64,000 bases of DNA, taken from positions 1,860,001-1,924,000 of the forward strand of contig CATNEN010000024.1 in assembly GCA_950097015.1 (NCBI GenBank). The letters are read 5' to 3'. Made by a program: the position numbers and the translations under genes. Below, one piece after another: positions 58,826 to 64,000 of this stretch. Positions within the stretch are counted from its first letter, which is position 1, and each line of letters starts with the position of its first letter. Origin of the DNA: Macrostomum hystrix. Lineage: Eukaryota; Animalia; Platyhelminthes. The notes under the pieces were generated by a model. The model ran no database searches, was not told the DNA's origin, and saw nothing but the letters and a program-made list of their open reading frames with translations.

Positions 58826-59759
58826 CTGATTGCGAGGCAATCATCAGATTATTTTTTTATTGGAAATCCAGCAGACTTTAGCTACTAGCATTCTCTATTC
58901 GGATCGATAGTTTCGTTATCTACTTATGATACTACTTACGGCAGTATTAAGAGCAGCAAAAGAAGCAATATTGAAAAATAAATGCTACTTAAGTGCAGAA
59001 TTTGTAGAAAAGCAGCGATAAATAATTGAAATGCAACGTGCCTGACTTGACGAACCCTATAAAAATGCTCAGATAATCGAATTCGAGGCAGCTGACTTAA
59101 AAACTGGCTTCCAATTTGTGAGTGAGTAAGGATAGCGCATCCACTGCGCGGCTCAGAAAATACTTCGTTGGTGCCACAGCCCTGGAAGTGGACACCGCCG
59201 GGCTGGCGCTGTCCCTGAAGTCCCCAGGTGGTCATATTTCCAGGACTTCAATTGGGTATAAAAGTCGATGCGCAGTCGGAAAGAAACTAATGATCAGACC
59301 AACGAGCAGACGATATTGACCAAAGAGCGAGCTTGAAAGTGTTGTTCTTGTGTTAGCAGCTCCCCAGCAAATTCTGACTCACTCCTGAGTGTCTCAAGTG
59401 CTCTTTAGACTACTCTCTTTAGAATAGCAAGTGCTGCTAAAGAACTCGCGCCAGATATCTGAGTCAGCCTGTCATGCAGGACCACAGCGGTAAGCAGGCG
59501 CTTCACTTTCGGATCTAATGACGATTGGGCCAAACATGAAGGTTAAGGGCATTGTTGCTATGAATCGTAATAATCATCTGAATGGGATTTGGAATCCCAT
59601 TCCCTTTTTGTAGCTTGTAGCTACCGAGACTCCACATGGAGGCTTTGGGTTCCACAAGTTCCTTTTGGGATATTCGGAATATTGTTGTCTAGAAATATCT
59701 TTAATTTTCGGGGCACAGACTTTCTTTGAGAAAACGAAGTTACTTTGGCACGTAAAAGT

Positions 59760-61485
59760 TCATATGGTGGCATTGCGTTCCAAAGAGAGACATTGGGTTC
59801 CGTAAGGAGGCATTGGGTTTCACCAAACCACCAGGAGGCATTGGGTTCCATTGGATTTCTTAGGGATTTTATTGGATTCCACATGGAGGCATTGGGTTCC
59901 ATATGGAGGCATTGGATTCCCATTTGGAGGCAATGGATTCCACTAGGAGGCAATAGGTTCCACATGGAGGCATGGGGTTCCATATGGAGGCATTGGTTTC
60001 CATAGAGAGGCTTTGCGTTCCATAGAGAGGCTTTGTGTTCCATAGTGAGGCTTTGTGTTCCATAGTGAGGCTTTGTGTTCCATAGTGAGGCTTTGTGTTC
60101 CATAGTGAGGCTTTGTGTTCCATAGTGAGGCTTTGTGTTCCATAGTGAGGCTTTGTGTTCCATAGAGAGGCTTTGTGTTCCATAGTGAGGCTTTGTGTTC
60201 CATAGTGAGGCTTTGTGTTCCATAGTGAGGCTTTGTGTTCCATAGTGAGGCTTTGTGTTCCATAGTGAGGCTTTGTGTTCCATAGTGAGGCTTTGTGTTC
60301 CATAGTGAGGCTTTGTGTTCCATAGAGAGGCTTTGTGTTCCATAGTGAGGCTTTGTGTTCCATAGTGAGGCTTTGTGTTCCATAGTGAGGCTTTGTGTTC
60401 CATAGTGAGGCTTTGTGTTCCATAGTGAGGCTTTGTGTTCCATAGTGAGGCTTTGTGTTCCATAGTGAGGCTTTGTGTTCCATAGTGAGGCTTTGTGTTC
60501 CATAGTGAGGCTTTGTATTCCATAGTGAGGCTTTGTGTTCCATAGTGAGGCTTTGCGTTCCATAGAGAGGCTTTGTGTTCCAATTGGAGGCATTGGGTTC
60601 CAATTGGAGGCTTTGGGTTCCATTTGGAGGCACTGGGTTCCACAAGGAGGCATTGGCTTCCATATGGAGGCATTGGGTTTCACCAAACTACCAGGAGGCA
60701 TTCTGTTCCATAGGATTTCTTAGGGATTTCTTTGGATTCCATAGGGAGGCATTGAGTTTCATAAGGAGGCATTGGATTCCATTTGGAGGCATTGCATTGG
60801 GTTCCATAGAGTGGCTTTGTGTTCCATAGAGAGGCAATTCGTTCCATTTAGAGGCATTGGGTTCCATTTGAAGGCATCGGGTTCTACATGGAGACATTGG
60901 GTTCCACATAGAGACATTGGGTTCCACATGGAGACATTGGGTTCCACATAGAGACATTGGGTTCCACATGGAGACATTGGGTTCCACATAGAGACATTGG
61001 GTTCCACATGGAGACATTGGGTTCCACATGGAGACATTGGGTTCCACATGAAGACATTGGGTTCCACATGGAGACATTGGGTTCCACATGAAGACATTGG
61101 GTTCCACATGGAGACATTGGGTTCCACATGGAGACATTGGGTTCCACATAGAGACATTGGGTTCCACATGGAGACATTGGGTTCCACATGGAGACATTGG
61201 GTTCCACATGAAGACATTGGGTTCCACATGGAGACATTGGGTTCCACATGGAGACATTGGATTCCACATGGAGACATTGGGTTCCACATGGAGACATTGG
61301 GTTCCACATGGAGACATTGGGTTCCACATAGAGACATTGGGTTCCACATGGAGACATTGGGTTCCACATGGAGACATTGGGTTCCACATAGAGACATTGG
61401 GTTCCACATGGAGACATTGGGTTCCACATGGAGACATTGGGTTCCACACGGAGACATTGGGTTCCACATGGAGACATTGGGTTCC
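59760..61485. repeat. Compound 20-bp minisatellite: array A CATAGTGAGGCTTTGTGTTC (60001-60580) and array B CACATGGAGACATTGGGTTC (60885-61484), with degenerate flanks
   Basis: Both arrays have period 20 and share a core with the degenerate flanking units; they explain the many overlapping periodic ORFs. Confidence 0.95.
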
Positions 61486-61640
61486 TCTATTAAAAGCGCA
61501 ACATGAGGCAGAAAGTAACGCAAAGCTTGGCGCAGCAAGATCTGTAAACTCTCACTATTCTAAAAGCTCACATGCCCCTCTTACCCCGGCTCTCCTTCTC
61601 ACTCTTCTAATTTAGCCTCATCAGCTTAGCCAGCCGCTTG

Positions 61641-61644
<4 letters not shown>

Positions 61645-61671
<27 letters not shown>

Positions 61672-61673
61672 CT
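61645..61673 (+). repeat. (GATT)n microsatellite
   Basis: Direct inspection. Confidence 0.9.
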
Positions 61674-63429
61674 GACAGGAGGCAGTAAACGGCGAGCGAT
61701 CTTCGATCCCTATCAGTATCTCCTCGTGCGCTTGATGGCGCCACTTGAGGAGGCCAGTGGGCAGCGGAGGATAATTTTTAGCAGCCAAAAAGATGAAGCA
61801 GGAAAAGAGAAAGGCGTCAGCTGAGGCGCCTAAACTCTGAGCAGACTGAGAGCACGATCATGAGCAAGCTGCGGACGGCTGATATTCCCCAAGTGCAATT
61901 CAAGCACACAGCACTTCGCTTGTGAAGCCTAATGCGGATAGAGAAGGAAGAGACAGGAAACGGTCGCATTCATTTAGTGCTTTGGTGAGTGGGATAGATA
62001 GGGGAAAGTGGCCAGGCCACTGAATATGTGTGTCTCCATGCTCACGAAAGCGCAGACCTAAATTTGCTCAATTTCTCTAGCGAAGATCCGGCTCTATGGG
62101 AGGATTAGTGAGAATTAATATTACTCTGAATTGAACTGAAACTGAATTCAATTCAACTCAATAGAATGGCTGTCCAGTCACAACTAGTCACAGGTGAAGC
62201 ATTGACTGCGGCTCCAGTTCATTATTATGGTCTTTTTTCAATCTCCATGAATGCAACTCCTGTTGACTCTAGCTGGCCGACCTAATTAGTCATAGAATTA
62301 ATTTGCAGTTGCTTATTGTGGAAACTATAATTCTGTTTACCCCAAAGACACCGTCGCATGCGGGTAGCGGAGAGGAACATTATGGGTGAGAAGAGTGGAG
62401 GAAAGGAGAGCAATCGGGAAAATAGGTGAGAGATGTGAGTACACAGTAGAAGGGGGAGCATTAAAGAACAGTGGACATATTCTCCAAAATGCTGAAACAA
62501 TTTGCCAGCAGAGAAGTTGAAGCTTTTGTCGACGTAGGAGGGGAGAGCAAGCCGCTGACAACCTGAATTTTTTGCGTGGGAATGCGGGGAACACATGGTT
62601 GAAGCGGATTGTGTCACGTGACAGGAAGTCAGTGAGCAGTGCCAGTGCAGGTGGGGAGGACTTTGGAATGGGACTGATGCTCTCTGCTCTCTTGTCTCTG
62701 TTTCCTTTGTTCCTCTGTCCGTAGCCGGTAGCAGCGCAGCGCAGCACTCGCTCCTGTGCTCGGGTGCTCTAGTCCGAGCTGAGGGGCGCGAAATAAAATG
62801 CCTGAAAAAATATAGCTCCGCATTCCCCAATTCCCCAGTCTACTACCTGCTCCTGCCCCCACTTGAAGCAGCTCCAACCAGCCCAACCTCCTCCCCACTG
62901 CCTGCGCTGCCATTCAGAGTTCCCGCTGGTCCCAGCCAACTGGGTGGCCGGGACGGCCCTGCGCCTGTACCTACCACCGCCTCATTCCTGTTATGTAGTG
63001 CTGGCCGTAATGCACTCTCATTTGGCAGTACCAGCAGTAAGAGTTGGATTAAAGCCAGTGTGACAGTCGATCGCTCAAGTCTAACCTACTAAAGAAACTG
63101 TTGGTAGCCTGCAGAGCTGGGCTGCTAGGAGTAAATAGGATTCAGCTGCAATTATCCTATAGTCCACTCAATAATATAGTTCAAAGTTTTCACGCTAGAC
63201 ATGGCGAGCGTAGAGTCGAGAGATTTGCCGCATCACCCGGTGCCAGTGATGGGCCCAATGCGGGTCGGCAGCATGCGCAAGCAGCAGGGCAGTCCGCGAG
63301 ACTATGGTAAGAGCCGCCATGCAGTCTGCTTCATGCGGTGGAGTCCATCTTGGTATTGTTCTGTCTGACCAGATACTTCCGTTACATTCGTTACATTCCA
63401 GCCGATAGTTTAAAATCTTATTCTGGGTA

Positions 63430-64000
63430 AATACACTCCAGCCTCATGCCTAGAAGAGTGTCATCACACCCCAGCCTCTTGTCTAGCAATGCGTCATTAC
63501 ACCCCAGCCTCATGCCTAGCCCAGTGTCATTGGAATCATTACAGCCCAGCCTCTTGTCTAGCAATGCGTCAGTATACCCCAGCCTCGTGCCTAGCCCAGT
63601 GTCATTGGAATCATTACATCCCAGCCTCTTGTCTAGCACAGTGTCATCACACCCCAGCCTCTTGTCTAGCAATGCGTCATTACACCCCAGCCTCATGCCT
63701 AGCCCAGTGTCATTAGAATCATTACATCCCAGCCTCCTGCCTAGCACAGTGTCATTGGAATCATTACATCCCAGCCTCTTGCCTAGCACAGTGTCATCAC
63801 ACCCCAGCCTCTTGTCTAGCAATGCATCATTACACCCCAGCCTCATGCCTAGCCCGGTGTCATTGGAATCATTACATCCCAGCCTCTTGTCTAGCACAGT
63901 GTCATCACACCCCAGCCTCTTGTCTAGCAATGCGTCATTACACCCCAGCCTCATGCCTAGCCCAGTGTCATTGGAATCATTACATCCCAGCCTCTTGCCT
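63430..64000. repeat. Composite 30-42-bp minisatellite built on CCCAGCCTC(T/A)TG(T/C)CTAGC, running off the window
   Basis: A constant core alternates with only a few recurring linker variants. Confidence 0.92.

Noticed and set aside
59621-61615. Many overlapping 170-350-aa ORFs
   Set aside because: All frames of the 20-bp arrays are open; no non-repetitive domain.
63430-64000. CRISPR-like constant core with variable linkers
   Set aside because: The linkers recur as only a few variants, so this is a composite minisatellite.

Overview
Eukaryotic (metazoan) genomic DNA with spliceosomal introns and many minisatellites. The GC-rich exons and intronic minisatellites suggest a Macrostomum-like flatworm, but this is inference only. 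There are no prokaryotic features and no CRISPR array. Contents: (1) A hand-spliced 24-exon polycystin-1-like gene (+, 3149-21395, about 3610 aa). (2) A convergent 3-exon TMEM45-family gene (-, 26730-23147, 290 aa). (3) The main finding, a 15.6-kb Foldback/NOF(Rehavkus)-like Mutator transposon (27897-43506). It has an 8-bp TSD (CCATATTT) and multi-kb inverted arms made of about 470 bp of unique TIR plus arrays of a 170-bp satellite (33 units left, about 19.6 right). Its core encodes a transposase with a Ulp1/SENP-type protease and a PHD finger. The gene is split by a single -1 frameshift at a T6 run and carries a 1662-nt repeat-filled intron that is also open in frame. (4) A hAT-type MITE inside a 654-bp tandem amplification, a LINE tail, a tRNA/CORE-type SINE and a dispersed ~320-bp repeat family. 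(5) About a dozen minisatellites. One (35 bp, in the polycystin gene) is a tandem amplification of an intron-exon junction in which only the last copy gives the normal exon, and a 60-bp array looks like a second case. Exons right of 44 kb are only tentative.
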